The notes below the pieces were generated by a model. That model worked only from the letters and a program-made list of their open reading frames with translations, was not told the DNA's origin and made no database searches. 64,000 nt of DNA from contig JAMWCC010000079.1 in NCBI GenBank assembly GCA_023818375.1, positions 2,021 through 66,020 on the forward strand, written 5' to 3'. Below are positions 29,183-39,356 of this stretch, in pieces. Each line of letters starts with the position of its first letter. The stretch's first letter is position 1. A program made the translations under genes and the position numbers. This DNA comes from Candidatus Omnitrophota bacterium. GTDB lineage: Bacteria > Ratteibacteria > UBA8468 > B48-G9 > DTJG01.

Positions 29183-31770
29183 TCCAGCCCTATAGCCTTT
29201 CGCAGGATCAAAATGACATCTGAAATATCTACTTGTCCATCATTATTCATATCAGCAAGACCAAGATTAACAGGATCAAGACCTATTGCCATTCTCAAAC
29301 ACAAAATCACATCACTTATGTCAATCTGCATATCATAATTTAAATCACCCTTCATTCCCTGTTTTGTTGTGAAGCTTGTCAGATCACTCCACTGGCTCCA
29401 GGCTCCATTTCCATCCTGATGTCTGACCCTCCATAAATATTCAGTATTATAGGAAAGCCCGGTTACAGTTATTGAAGTTAGATTGTTTGTATCTCTTTTT
29501 GTATCAAAGATTGGTGATGCCTGCTTTGCTGGAATAAAAATCTGCCATTGTGAAGCAATATGCGTCCAGCTGCTACCATGAACAAATGGACTTGAAGTTA
29601 AAACAACTGGCAAATCAACATCTGTCGCTCCATCAGAAGGAGATTGGTTGGTTGGCTTTGCAGGTGGAATTATCCCTCCACCGACATCTTGTGTAGTAAA
29701 ACATGTTTCATCAGACCACTCACTCCACAGCCCATCACCATTTTTATGCCTTACCTGCCACCAGTATTTTGTGTTACTTTCGAGCCAAACAGTTAACCAA
29801 CTTGTTAGATACAAGGAACTTTCAAGATACCAGGTGGGTGTTTCATAGGTTTCTCCATCCTTCCAGATTCTCCATGCAGAAGCTAAATGTATATTACTAC
29901 CTTGACCGGGATTGAATGGACTTGATTGTAGCAGACACTCAAACGGATAAATCCCTGTTGCGTTATTCGGTGGAGAAACATTAGTAGGTTTCACTGGCGG
30001 ATAAAGCTGGGAGATTGTCATTAGATTGCCAATAACAGGCTCACCTTCACAGCTCACTGAAATACCAGTATTTTTAGTATGTGCGTAAACATCTGTATTT
30101 TTCAAAATGTCAATTCCAAAGGTCTGCCCAATAGATGCAGTGCCATTGAAGTTAAAAACTACCAGGTATCTCTGATTTAATCCATTGTCTACTTCCTTAT
30201 TGATATTGTTGAATGTGATTTTATTTCCAGAGATTGTTCCTGTTGAAACTTCTGTTTCATATGTACCATTGTTGTCTGAATCCAGATACAGTTTTGCGCT
30301 TGAAAGAGCTGTTGAGATATTTCCTGTTCCCTTTGCTGTAACAATAACACTGTCAAAAATAACACTTTCATCAGTCTCCCATTTAATTATGTGAAGTTCG
30401 AAAGCCAGCATCTCAACATTCTGGGCATTATTTCCGATATTACGAGATGGGATATCATAACTTTTTGCTTTTTCAATTCCCGGTATAGGTGGCCATCCCA
30501 CAACCCTGGGTGCATTTGAAATACCATTTGCAAAAACTATTACCAGATTCCTTGAAAACTCCATTCCTGATTTCTCAGCTACTACAAAGTAGTATCCCGG
30601 ATCAAGGTTCAAAATGAGAAAACCGCTGCTTAAGGTAGTCTCGTTAAGTCCAGTCCCAGGATTACCATTTTCATCAAAATAAAAAATATCTGGACTTAGT
30701 TTTGTTCCATTTTTGTCATAGATACTAACTCTTGCACCAGCAACATTCATTCCATTAATTGTCTCGATCTGCCCAACAATGTCTCCTTTGCCTGAAATGT
30801 GACTTCTACCTAGACTATTAAGTATTTGTGTATATTCTGTTTGTGGAATTATGAAAAATTCGTTTCCATCATCATGGTTTTGCTTTTTGTTTTCAAGTTC
30901 ATCTGCACGACCGGCAAAATAAGTGTCAACATAATTTGGTTTTGTAATTTTTAAAACTCCATACGAAACAGGATCAAAACCTATGGTGAATGTACCATCA
31001 ACTGCAGTTGTTGTCGTGCTTGTGGTTCCAGGTATTGAAACCGTTGCACCTGATATAGGACTATCATTCCATGACAGTGTTCCAGAAAGTTGAATAATAC
31101 TGGAAATCTGCTCTATTCCACCAACAGTAACACTATCTGGATAACAAATAACAACACAGGAAGAAAAAGCACTACCCTGTTTTGTTCCTGTTATTTTTAT
31201 TGGTTTATACGGATCAACATTATAAATAATGTAAGCCCCATTTTCTGACGTGGCAGACAATGAGCTATCAGGCGTGCTGTTTGCGTTAACATATCTCACA
31301 GTACCTGCAATGGCATTGCTATCCATATACCTTGCTGTAATCACTACTCCACTCACACCTGCCTTTTTATCACCACTTGAAACTATCCCCATAATATCTG
31401 CTTTTCCAGAGGTATGTGCAATCCCACCAAAAAGTGTACTATGTAAATTACTGTACATCGTATTTGAAAACAAACGAAACTCAACATCGTCATAATTTTC
31501 AGTTCCTGCATTTCCAAGTTGTGTATAGGTATCAACATAACCAGTCTTACTTGCCTTAAACTGAAAACCTGTAGAGTAAATTGGAATATTTGATATCGTA
31601 AAACTTCCATCGATTTCAGTTATTGTTGAAAGAGTTGTACCAACGATAGAAACAGTTGCACCGCCTATCCCCTGCTGGGTTTGTAAATCAAAAATTCTTC
31701 CACCCATATTGACACCCGCAAAAGAACACGCACAAAGTAAATTGAGAAACAATACTAATTTTTTAAACAT
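29179..31770 (-). CDS. Secreted multidomain surface protein with carboxypeptidase-regulatory-like domains, fibronectin-III-like repeats and C-terminal type I dockerin
   Basis: 863 aa. AAGGAGG RBS and signal peptide. GATVSIVG / GATVSIPG CarbopepD_reg-like segments. Two PxKPTNxSP...W repeats. C-terminal DLNYDMQIDISDVILCLRMAIGLD...[24 protein letters not shown]. Confidence 0.75.
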   Translation of the reverse strand: MFKKLVLFLNLLCACSFAGVNMGGRIFDLQTQQGIGGATVSIVGTTLSTITEIDGSFTISNIPIYSTGFQFKASKTGYVDTYTQLGNAGTENYDDVEFRLFSNTMYSNLHSTLFGGIAHTSGKADIMGIVSSGDKKAGVSGVVITARYMDSNAIAGTVRYVNANSTPDSSLSATSENGAYIIYNVDPYKPIKITGTKQGSAFSSCVVICYPDSVTVGGIEQISSIIQLSGTLSWNDSPISGATVSIPGTTSTTTTAVDGTFTIGFDPVSYGVLKITKPNYVDTYFAGRADELENKKQNHDDGNEFFIIPQTEYTQILNSLGRSHISGKGDIVGQIETINGMNVAGARVSIYDKNGTKLSPDIFYFDENGNPGTGLNETTLSSGFLILNLDPGYYFVVAEKSGMEFSRNLVIVFANGISNAPRVVGWPPIPGIEKAKSYDIPSRNIGNNAQNVEMLAFELHIIKWETDESVIFDSVIVTAKGTGNISTALSSAKLYLDSDNNGTYETEVSTGTISGNKITFNNINKEVDNGLNQRYLVVFNFNGTASIGQTFGIDILKNTDVYAHTKNTGISVSCEGEPVIGNLMTISQLYPPVKPTNVSPPNNATGIYPFECLLQSSPFNPGQGSNIHLASAWRIWKDGETYETPTWYLESSLYLTSWLTVWLESNTKYWWQVRHKNGDGLWSEWSDETCFTTQDVGGGIIPPAKPTNQSPSDGATDVDLPVVLTSSPFVHGSSWTHIASQWQIFIPAKQASPIFDTKRDTNNLTSITVTGLSYNTEYLWRVRHQDGNGAWSQWSDLTSFTTKQGMKGDLNYDMQIDISDVILCLRMAIGLDPVNLGLADMNNDGQVDISDVILILRKAIGLD

Positions 31771-31834
31771 AACGCCTCCTTTTAATTCTTCTGGTAAAAT
31801 TATAAAACATTTTACAACCCTTGTAAAATTTTTG

Positions 31835-31843
31835 TGCTATAAT
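31835..31843 (+). promoter_or_regulatory. Extended -10 promoter (TGcTATAAT) placed for a leaderless or near-leaderless ABC transporter transcript
   Basis: TGCTATAAT ends 8 nt before the ATG at 31852. No SD sequence between them. Confidence 0.4.
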
Positions 31844-31851
31844 TTTAAAAA

Positions 31852-32793
31852 ATGGCTAACGTGATAATTAAGGTTGAAAATCTTATCGTTGATTTTGAAA
31901 ATGTCACTGCCTGCAAAAATTTAAGCTTTCAGGTAGAAGCCGGTGAAATTTTTGGTCTTGTTGGTCCGAATGGAGCAGGCAAAACAACAACGCTTAGAGT
32001 CCTTGCAACATTACAGAAACCCACCAGTGGCAGTGTAAAAATCAAAAATTTTGATTTAGAATCACATGCAAAACAAATAAGGAAAATAATTGGCTTTATG
32101 CCTGATTTTTCTCCTGTTTATGAAGAATTAAGAGTGTGGGAATTTCTTGAGCTATATGCAGGAGCATATGGAATAGGAAAAACTGAAAGAAAAAATAGAA
32201 TCGATACTGAGCTTCAAAGGGTAAATCTGACAGAAAAAAAAGACACCTTTATAGGAGAACTCTCAAGGGGAATGAAACAACGACTGATCCTTGCAAAAAC
32301 ACTACTTCCACAACCAGAGATACTACTTCTTGATGAGCCTGCAAGCGGCCTTGATCCAGTTGCAAGAAAGGAACTTTCTGATATCCTGAAGGATCTCACT
32401 ACGAAAAAAACAACAATAATTATTTCTTCCCACATTCTTACAGAATTAAGTGGTCTTTGTACCAGTATCGGCATTATGGAAAAAGGTGAAATGATAAGGT
32501 GGGGAAGGATTGAAGAACTTTCTGATATTCCATCTGGTATGATATGTGTTGAAATAAAAACACTTAATCCGGTAAGAAACTTAAAAGAAGTACTAATGTT
32601 GTTTGATGGCTTCAAAAATCTGGTTCAAATTCAGGATAATTCTTTTGAAATAATCCTGGAAGGAAATGAATCTATAATCCCTAACCTGATTAAGTTTTTG
32701 GCAGAAAAAAATATCCCTGTTTCTGAGATAAAACAGAAAAGGGAAGATATTCAAAGCATTTTCTTTAAAACAGGTGCAAAAGATGTTAGTTGA
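31852..32793 (+). CDS. ABC transporter ATP-binding protein (ABC-2 type)
   Basis: Walker A GPNGAGKTTT, signature LSRGMKQRL, Walker B LLLDEP. Confidence 0.85.
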   Translation: MANVIIKVENLIVDFENVTACKNLSFQVEAGEIFGLVGPNGAGKTTTLRVLATLQKPTSGSVKIKNFDLESHAKQIRKIIGFMPDFSPVYEELRVWEFLELYAGAYGIGKTERKNRIDTELQRVNLTEKKDTFIGELSRGMKQRLILAKTLLPQPEILLLDEPASGLDPVARKELSDILKDLTTKKTTIIISSHILTELSGLCTSIGIMEKGEMIRWGRIEELSDIPSGMICVEIKTLNPVRNLKEVLMLFDGFKNLVQIQDNSFEIILEGNESIIPNLIKFLAEKNIPVSEIKQKREDIQSIFFKTGAKDVS

Positions 32794-34327
32794 AAATCCA
32801 CTTTATACTGCCCTGAGAAGAATTCAAACAAGACCATTGCGCATTTTTTCCATGATTGCTGTAGAAATCCTTGTAATTGGCATAATATTTTTAATATGTC
32901 TCTGGAATTCCACAGATTTTAATTCTGGAAAGGTCCTTATTGAAGATTTCGGAAGAACCTTTTCAAATTGGATGATTGCGCTTCAATACATTGCTATTGT
33001 GATAATCGGCACATTTTCCATCGAAAGCAGAATCGTCAGGGATAGGATTTCTGAAATAATCAATTTCCATCGACTTACGCAACTATCGCCTTCTTCAATA
33101 ATCGTGGGATATATTACTGGTTCAACTTTTGATTCACTGATTTTATGGCTAATATTATTTTTCGCTGGAATTGCTGGTGTATTGCTCGGTGGTTTGAACT
33201 TTTCACAGTATCTAGCAAGCTCTTTGCTCATTCTGTTTTGTGCAGCGTTTTTTTACATTCTTGCTGTGTGGAGTGGACTCAACAAATCTATCTATTTACG
33301 TTCAGGTGCAAGGCAAATATGGGGATTTGCTTCAATACTGACAATTTTCAGTGCGCATCCTGCGGGTACAGTATTTGACCTTAATTTCCTTTCATCAACA
33401 CCTGCAATCCTTTACATATTGAGATCGAATAATACTCACGAATATTTCCCCCTTTTTAATTCTTTGCCAAACTTATGGGGAGTGCCTTTACTCCCAGTTT
33501 TATATACATTGTGCTTGTGGGCTTCTTTCGGAACATTATTCTGGTTTTCAAGCATCAGGAAAATCCCATTTGAAGATTCTCCAAAATTTTCAAAAAAGGA
33601 AACTCTCTGGGCTTTTTCAATCTTTGCCTTTTTTATAACAGGAAGAATATCAGGTATTCTGGAAAAATTTAAAGAGACCTTCATCCTTTCTGCTGGGGTA
33701 ATCCTTGTCATTTTACTATCTTTCGCACTTCTAATTATAAGCATACCGGAAAGAATTAATTTGAGGAGATATTTAATTAAACTTCAAATGGATAAAACTA
33801 TACCGTGGTATCGCGATGATATGACATCCTTACAGCTAACAGCATTTCTTATAATGTTAAGTATAACTGCCCAGGTAATTATTTATATCCACGCAGGCAT
33901 TTATATTTCGCTTATTTCGAAAAATATCAGCCATATCATTTTCCAGCTTATTATCTTTGCTCTATCAATGTTCTTCATCCTATTTATTGTAGAAGGATGC
34001 AGGATGAAATTTAGCAAAAATCAAGATAGTGTTTCGGCGCTTATTATTTTTGCCTGGTTTATTGCTGTTCCAATTGTAATTGCTCTCTACATTTCAAAAG
34101 GACATAATTCAAATTACTGGTTGATGGGTCTTTCTCCAACAAACTTTTTTGTGATTCCAGAATTCGTAGCCGAATCAAAACTTGAACGATATTCAACCAG
34201 TTTGAATATTGCAAGGATTATAGCCATTGTGATAACAGCAGGTTTCACATATCTTTCATTTTTGTTCTGGAAAAACTCAAGAAAAATTTTTAAAATGACT
34301 ATTTTTACAAAGGAGAAGCAAAAATGA
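32774..34327 (+). CDS. ABC-2 family transporter permease (polytopic membrane protein)
   Basis: 517 aa with about 10 hydrophobic segments. Translationally coupled to the ATPase. Confidence 0.55.
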   Translation: MQKMLVENPLYTALRRIQTRPLRIFSMIAVEILVIGIIFLICLWNSTDFNSGKVLIEDFGRTFSNWMIALQYIAIVIIGTFSIESRIVRDRISEIINFHRLTQLSPSSIIVGYITGSTFDSLILWLILFFAGIAGVLLGGLNFSQYLASSLLILFCAAFFYILAVWSGLNKSIYLRSGARQIWGFASILTIFSAHPAGTVFDLNFLSSTPAILYILRSNNTHEYFPLFNSLPNLWGVPLLPVLYTLCLWASFGTLFWFSSIRKIPFEDSPKFSKKETLWAFSIFAFFITGRISGILEKFKETFILSAGVILVILLSFALLIISIPERINLRRYLIKLQMDKTIPWYRDDMTSLQLTAFLIMLSITAQVIIYIHAGIYISLISKNISHIIFQLIIFALSMFFILFIVEGCRMKFSKNQDSVSALIIFAWFIAVPIVIALYISKGHNSNYWLMGLSPTNFFVIPEFVAESKLERYSTSLNIARIIAIVITAGFTYLSFLFWKNSRKIFKMTIFTKEKQK

Positions 34328-35670
34328 AAGCCGACGTGGTAGTCATTGGTGCAGGTCCAGGCGGAATGGCAGCAGCCTGGGCAGCAGCAAAAACAGGTGC
34401 TGAAACATTACTTGTTGAAAGATATGGCTTTTGTGGAGGCATGGCAACAACAGGAATAATAGGTTCGATTCTTGGTCATTACCTCAATGAGAAAGAACCA
34501 GCAGTTGCTGGCTTTCTAAAAGTTCTTGTTGAGAAAATGGCAGTGCTTGGCGGATGTGAAAAATGGGAAAATGCATTCAAAAAATATGGAATTTCTTTTG
34601 ATTCTGAAATACTGAAATATGCTGCTGAACAAGTACTTCTAGAAGCCGGGGTAAAATTTTTATACCATTCTTATTTTTTAAGCGCAAATGTAAATTCAGG
34701 CATGATAAATCATATCGAGGTTGTAAATAAAAGTGGAAAGATGAAAATTGAAGGAAAATTTTTTATAGATGCAACAGGAGACGCCGATGTAGCGTATTTT
34801 TCAGGTTTTGAATGTACAAAAGGAAGACCACAGGATGGAAGAACTGAATCAATGGGATGTATCTTTAAAATTGCAGGTATTGACGAAGACAGATTAACAG
34901 ATGATGTCGTGAAGCAAGCGAAGGAAAAACTTTTAAAATTGAGAAGCACCGGACAATTAAAAATTTTCAATGAAGGACTTGGCGGCAAGGGAAGCACAAT
35001 AAGAAAGGGTGAAAGAAGTTTTAATATGACAAGGTTTGCAGGTGATGCGACAGACCCAATAACTCTGACACAGGCAGAAATATCACTGCGCCAGGAAACA
35101 TTCAAGATTTACAACTTTTTCAAAGAAAATGTACCCGGCTTTGAAAACTCTTACATTTCGGCTTTTCATATTAACGCTGGAATAAGAGAAACAAGACAGA
35201 TAAAAGGCTTATATACATTAACAGAGCAAGATGTCATTGAAGGAAGAAAAACCGATGATAGCATAGCAAGGTGTACATACTGGATTGACATTCATTGCCC
35301 TTTTGGAAGAACAATCAATGCTCATCTTTGCTATAAAGAATGTCAAACACCTGATTATTGCATCATGCTTGATAAGTACAAAGATTATCTTCCATCTAAA
35401 GATAAACTTCATCCACCCGCAAATGATTGGTTCAGCATTCCTGCAAGATGCCTGATCCCTGAAAAAGCAAAAAATCTTTTTGTAGCAGGCAGATGCATCT
35501 CAGCAGATCACAAGGCAATGGGTGCAACAAGAGTAATGGCAACCTGTATGGCAACAGGAGATGCGGCAGGTACTATGGCAGCAAGTTGTATCGAAGAAAA
35601 ATGTGATGCACAATCAGTCCCTGTTAAGAAGGTGCAGCAGAATATTATTCATATCGGTGGATTGTATTGA
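34324..35670 (+). CDS. FAD-dependent oxidoreductase
   Basis: VVVIGAGPGGMAAAWAAAKTGAETLLVE Rossmann GxGxxG motif. 448 aa. Confidence 0.75.
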   Translation: MKADVVVIGAGPGGMAAAWAAAKTGAETLLVERYGFCGGMATTGIIGSILGHYLNEKEPAVAGFLKVLVEKMAVLGGCEKWENAFKKYGISFDSEILKYAAEQVLLEAGVKFLYHSYFLSANVNSGMINHIEVVNKSGKMKIEGKFFIDATGDADVAYFSGFECTKGRPQDGRTESMGCIFKIAGIDEDRLTDDVVKQAKEKLLKLRSTGQLKIFNEGLGGKGSTIRKGERSFNMTRFAGDATDPITLTQAEISLRQETFKIYNFFKENVPGFENSYISAFHINAGIRETRQIKGLYTLTEQDVIEGRKTDDSIARCTYWIDIHCPFGRTINAHLCYKECQTPDYCIMLDKYKDYLPSKDKLHPPANDWFSIPARCLIPEKAKNLFVAGRCISADHKAMGATRVMATCMATGDAAGTMAASCIEEKCDAQSVPVKKVQQNIIHIGGLY

Positions 35671-35959
35671 ACTAAAAATGTTTAAACTTAAGAAAAAAAC
35701 AAAAAAGTCTTGTTAATAAAGTCTCGTCAATAACTGTCAAAACAATTACGGCACTGTCAATATTACAGAAATTTAGTCAACTTTTCAGCATTTTTCAAAA
35801 ATAATCTTTTTTTTCCACGGATAAAAGGTAGAAAAAACAAAAATAATAATTTTAAAGTAGATCTTTTTTGAGGAAAAAACCGCCAGTTTACGTTTATCCC
35901 CTAAACCACATATCTGTTTGAAAGTATTCTCTCAGGCACCATCTAATTTTTCTAAACAA

Positions 35960-36337
<378 letters not shown>

Positions 36338-36365
36338 TCAATTTTTGACCGATTTAACTTAAATG

Positions 36366-37694
36366 TCATTGATTCTCTTTGTCTTTTGTTAGTTTTAAAA
36401 TAAAAGGTTTGCGAGTCAAAAATTCTGGATATGCAACATTTCCATGTTCTCCAATATCCAATCCCTCTATCTCCTCCTGCAAGCTAACTCTTATACCTAC
36501 TGTAATTTTCAATACTGCCCATAAAATTATTGAAACAAGGAAGGTATATAGCCCAACACTCAATACACCGATCAACTGTGTGACTAAAAGCTTTGTACCA
36601 CCGCCATAGAATAAGCCATTATCAATAGATATACCTGCGATGTTATTGTTAGCAAAGAGGCCAACACAGATGGTTCCAAAAATCCCATTCACAAGATGGA
36701 CAGATAAAGCACCAACAGGATCATCTATTTTTAGCCTGTCAAAAAAGATTATGGAAATAACCACTAAAATTCCTGCAACAAGCCCTATGATAACTGAATC
36801 TGCAACACTAACCACTGAACAAGGGGCGGTTATTGCGACAAGTCCTGCTAAACAACCATTCAATGTCATACCAAGATCAGGTTTTTTAAGTAGCCACCAG
36901 GACATCAAAGTGGAACTCATTATTGCTGAAGCTGCTGATGTATTTGTTGTTACCGCAACATGACTTATTATCTTTGGATCTGCACACATTGACGAACCAG
37001 GATTGAAACCAAACCATCCAAACCACAAAACAAAAGTTCCAATAGTTGCCAGGGGCAAACTATGCCCTGGAATTGGGGCCGTTTCATTATTTGAATATCT
37101 GCCAAAACGTGGGCCGAGCAATAATACACCTGCAAGGGCTGCCCAACCGCCAACAGAATGCACAACAGTAGAACCTGCAAAATCAAACATACCTTTTTTT
37201 GCCAGCCAGCCCCCTCCCCAGACCCAGTGGCCGATTACAGGATAAATAAACATTGACATAAATAAGGAAAAAAGTATAAACGACTTGTATTTTATTCTTT
37301 CAGCGACAGCACCAGAAACTATTGTTGCAGCGGTTCCACAAAATACCAGTTGAAAGAAAAACTTTGCAAAAAGTGGAACGCCAGCCCAGGAAATTGCTGA
37401 ATAAACACCATTGTATGCATCACCTACTGCTGGAGAATTGTCTGGACCTGTTAAGAAAAACAACCCTTTAAGACCTATAAATGAATTTCCATCTCCAAAC
37501 ATCAATCCCCAACCGAGAAAAAGAAAACCAAGCGAAGAAACAGCCAAAACAATAAAATTCTTTGAAAGAATATTTACTGCATTTTTCACTCTTGTAAAAC
37601 CAGTTTCAACCATAGCAAAACCCAGATTCATAAAGAAAACTAATTTTGCAGTGATTAAAACCCATATAGTATCAATCATAATTTTTATATCCAT
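36366..37694 (-). CDS. amtB: Ammonium transporter AmtB
   Basis: 442 aa. 11 TM helices. Amt signature regions (DFAGSTVVH, GAVAERIKY). Confidence 0.9.
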   Translation of the reverse strand: MDIKIMIDTIWVLITAKLVFFMNLGFAMVETGFTRVKNAVNILSKNFIVLAVSSLGFLFLGWGLMFGDGNSFIGLKGLFFLTGPDNSPAVGDAYNGVYSAISWAGVPLFAKFFFQLVFCGTAATIVSGAVAERIKYKSFILFSLFMSMFIYPVIGHWVWGGGWLAKKGMFDFAGSTVVHSVGGWAALAGVLLLGPRFGRYSNNETAPIPGHSLPLATIGTFVLWFGWFGFNPGSSMCADPKIISHVAVTTNTSAASAIMSSTLMSWWLLKKPDLGMTLNGCLAGLVAITAPCSVVSVADSVIIGLVAGILVVISIIFFDRLKIDDPVGALSVHLVNGIFGTICVGLFANNNIAGISIDNGLFYGGGTKLLVTQLIGVLSVGLYTFLVSIILWAVLKITVGIRVSLQEEIEGLDIGEHGNVAYPEFLTRKPFILKLTKDKENQ

Positions 37695-37708
37695 GTTACA
37701 CCTCCAAT

Positions 37709-37746
37709 AAAAAAAGTGTCCTTACCACTCATTGTGATAAGGACAC
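37709..37746 (-). terminator. Intrinsic terminator-like hairpin plus U7 immediately upstream of the amtB RBS
   Basis: On the minus strand: GTGTCCTTA...TAAGGACAC stem followed by TTTTTTT, then ATTGGAGGTGTAACATG. Confidence 0.6.
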
Positions 37747-37754
37747 CTATTGTC

Positions 37755-37790
37755 CAAAAAAAAACAGCGTTATTTTAACGCCGTTGTTTT
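37755..37790 (-). terminator. Second intrinsic terminator (xerD terminator) with U9 tract
   Basis: On the minus strand: GCGTTA-aaa-TAACGC stem followed by TGTTTTTTTTT. Confidence 0.5.
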
Positions 37791-37857
37791 AATTCCCCAT
37801 TGAAAAACTGCAACTTCCTCGTTCAAGTGTTAATTCTAAATCAAATTTTTTATTTTG

Positions 37858-38760
37858 TCAAGGCCTATCTGATGGAATACTGTAGCGAGGGTGATGTTTT
37901 TCATAAAGTTCTCTAAGTCGTTGAACAGTTACATGCGTATAAATTTGTGTTGTTGCAATATCACTGTGCCCAAGCATCTCCTGAACTGTCCTTAAGTCAG
38001 CCCCCCTATCCAAAAGATGTGTAGCAAAACTATGCCTGAAAGTATGTGGAGTAACATTTTTTGAAATACAGGCAATTTTTGCATATTTTTTAATCATCCT
38101 TTCAACAGATCTTGATGTTATTTTGCCGCCTTTTTTGTTCAAAAAAACATACGGACTACGGTACTTTGTACGTTTTTCGAGATAAGCAAAAATGTAATTG
38201 AGAGCATAAGATCCAACTGGAACAATCCTTTCCTTGTTTCCCTTGCCCTTGACCCTTATTGTCCCTTCTGCAATGTTAATGTCGGATATCTTTAATGAAA
38301 CAAGTTCACCAACACGAAGCCCAGAAGAATACAGTAGCTCCAATATTGCCCTATCACGAAGTCCTGATTCATCCTGTTTGTTGGCTGCTTCAAGTATTTT
38401 TTCAACCTCCTGATATGTTAAAAATGATGGTAATCTTTCCGGTAGTTTAGGTCCAGAAACAAGAATTGCTGGATTTTTATTTATCAGTTCACGCCTACTA
38501 AGGAAATTATAAAAAGATTTAACTGCGGCAATCTTTCTGCTTATACTTCTTGGTTTATAATTTTTGTTCTTCAGATAATAAAGATATTTTCTCATTGATT
38601 CAATATCAACAGAATCCACGCCATATTTTACAAAATCGAGGAATTGTTGAAGGTCTATTCCATAGGCTGAAACTGTGTTTTTTGAATAATTTTTTTGATG
38701 CGAGATGTAATTGAGGAATTCATTAAGAAATTTCAGACTTGTTTTCTTATCACGAATCAT
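37858..38760 (-). CDS. xerD: Tyrosine site-specific recombinase XerD/XerC
   Basis: 300 aa. R...HxxR...Y catalytic motifs (HTFRHSFATHLL, LGHSDIATTQIYTHV). Confidence 0.85.
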   Translation of the reverse strand: MIRDKKTSLKFLNEFLNYISHQKNYSKNTVSAYGIDLQQFLDFVKYGVDSVDIESMRKYLYYLKNKNYKPRSISRKIAAVKSFYNFLSRRELINKNPAILVSGPKLPERLPSFLTYQEVEKILEAANKQDESGLRDRAILELLYSSGLRVGELVSLKISDINIAEGTIRVKGKGNKERIVPVGSYALNYIFAYLEKRTKYRSPYVFLNKKGGKITSRSVERMIKKYAKIACISKNVTPHTFRHSFATHLLDRGADLRTVQEMLGHSDIATTQIYTHVTVQRLRELYEKHHPRYSIPSDRP

Positions 38761-38762
38761 TT

Positions 38763-39356
38763 TCAGTCAATCCTACCCTTGGTCGAAGAAATTCTGTCTG
38801 ACTCTATTTTGACGGCTTCTTTCAAAGCAAGTCCAAGCCCCTTAAAAACTGCTTCACAAATATGGTGAGTATTTTCACCTGAAAAAAGCCTTAAATGAAG
38901 ATTTATTCCAGCATGATTAGAAAATCCCCTTGCAAACTCAGCGAGGTTCTCTAAATCAGAAAACCCTGTTTTATTTCTTATTATTGGTATGAAGAAACCT
39001 AGAAAAGGTCTTCCTGAAATATCAACTGCAACCTGGACAAGGGTTTCATCCATAGGCACTGCTGCAAAACCAAACCTTCTAATCCCTTTTCTTTCGGCAA
39101 TGGCTTTTCTGAATGCTTTTCCAAGACATATCCCGATATCTTCAAGTAGATGATGATCATCCACCTCAATATCTCCTTGTGCCTTTAACACAATATCAAA
39201 ACCACCAAAAAATGTAAAAAGTCCTATCATGTGATTCCAGAATCCAAGTGGTGTATCAATCTTTGATATTCCACTGCCATCAACGACAAAATCCACTTTT
39301 ACCGTTGTTTCAGACGTTTTACGCTCAACAGATGCTTTTCTTTTAAAGTTCGACAT
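38763..39356 (-). CDS. hisB: Imidazoleglycerol-phosphate dehydratase HisB
   Basis: DDHHLLED and GENTHHICEA metal-binding motifs. Confidence 0.9.
   Translation of the reverse strand: MSNFKRKASVERKTSETTVKVDFVVDGSGISKIDTPLGFWNHMIGLFTFFGGFDIVLKAQGDIEVDDHHLLEDIGICLGKAFRKAIAERKGIRRFGFAAVPMDETLVQVAVDISGRPFLGFFIPIIRNKTGFSDLENLAEFARGFSNHAGINLHLRLFSGENTHHICEAVFKGLGLALKEAVKIESDRISSTKGRID

Noticed and set aside
35671-35959. Possible dif site or terminus at the convergent strand switch near xerD
   Set aside because: No 28-bp dif-like element (XerC arm, 6-bp spacer, XerD arm with the TTATG core) could be found. There are several other strand switches in the window, so the convergence is not diagnostic. 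Only loosely spaced GTCAA repeats were seen.
37709-37790. Sigma54 (-24/-12) promoter for amtB inside the terminator region
   Set aside because: TGGACA-N5-TGTCC gives GG but no TTGC -12 element at the right spacing. The match is unconvincing without a transcript map.
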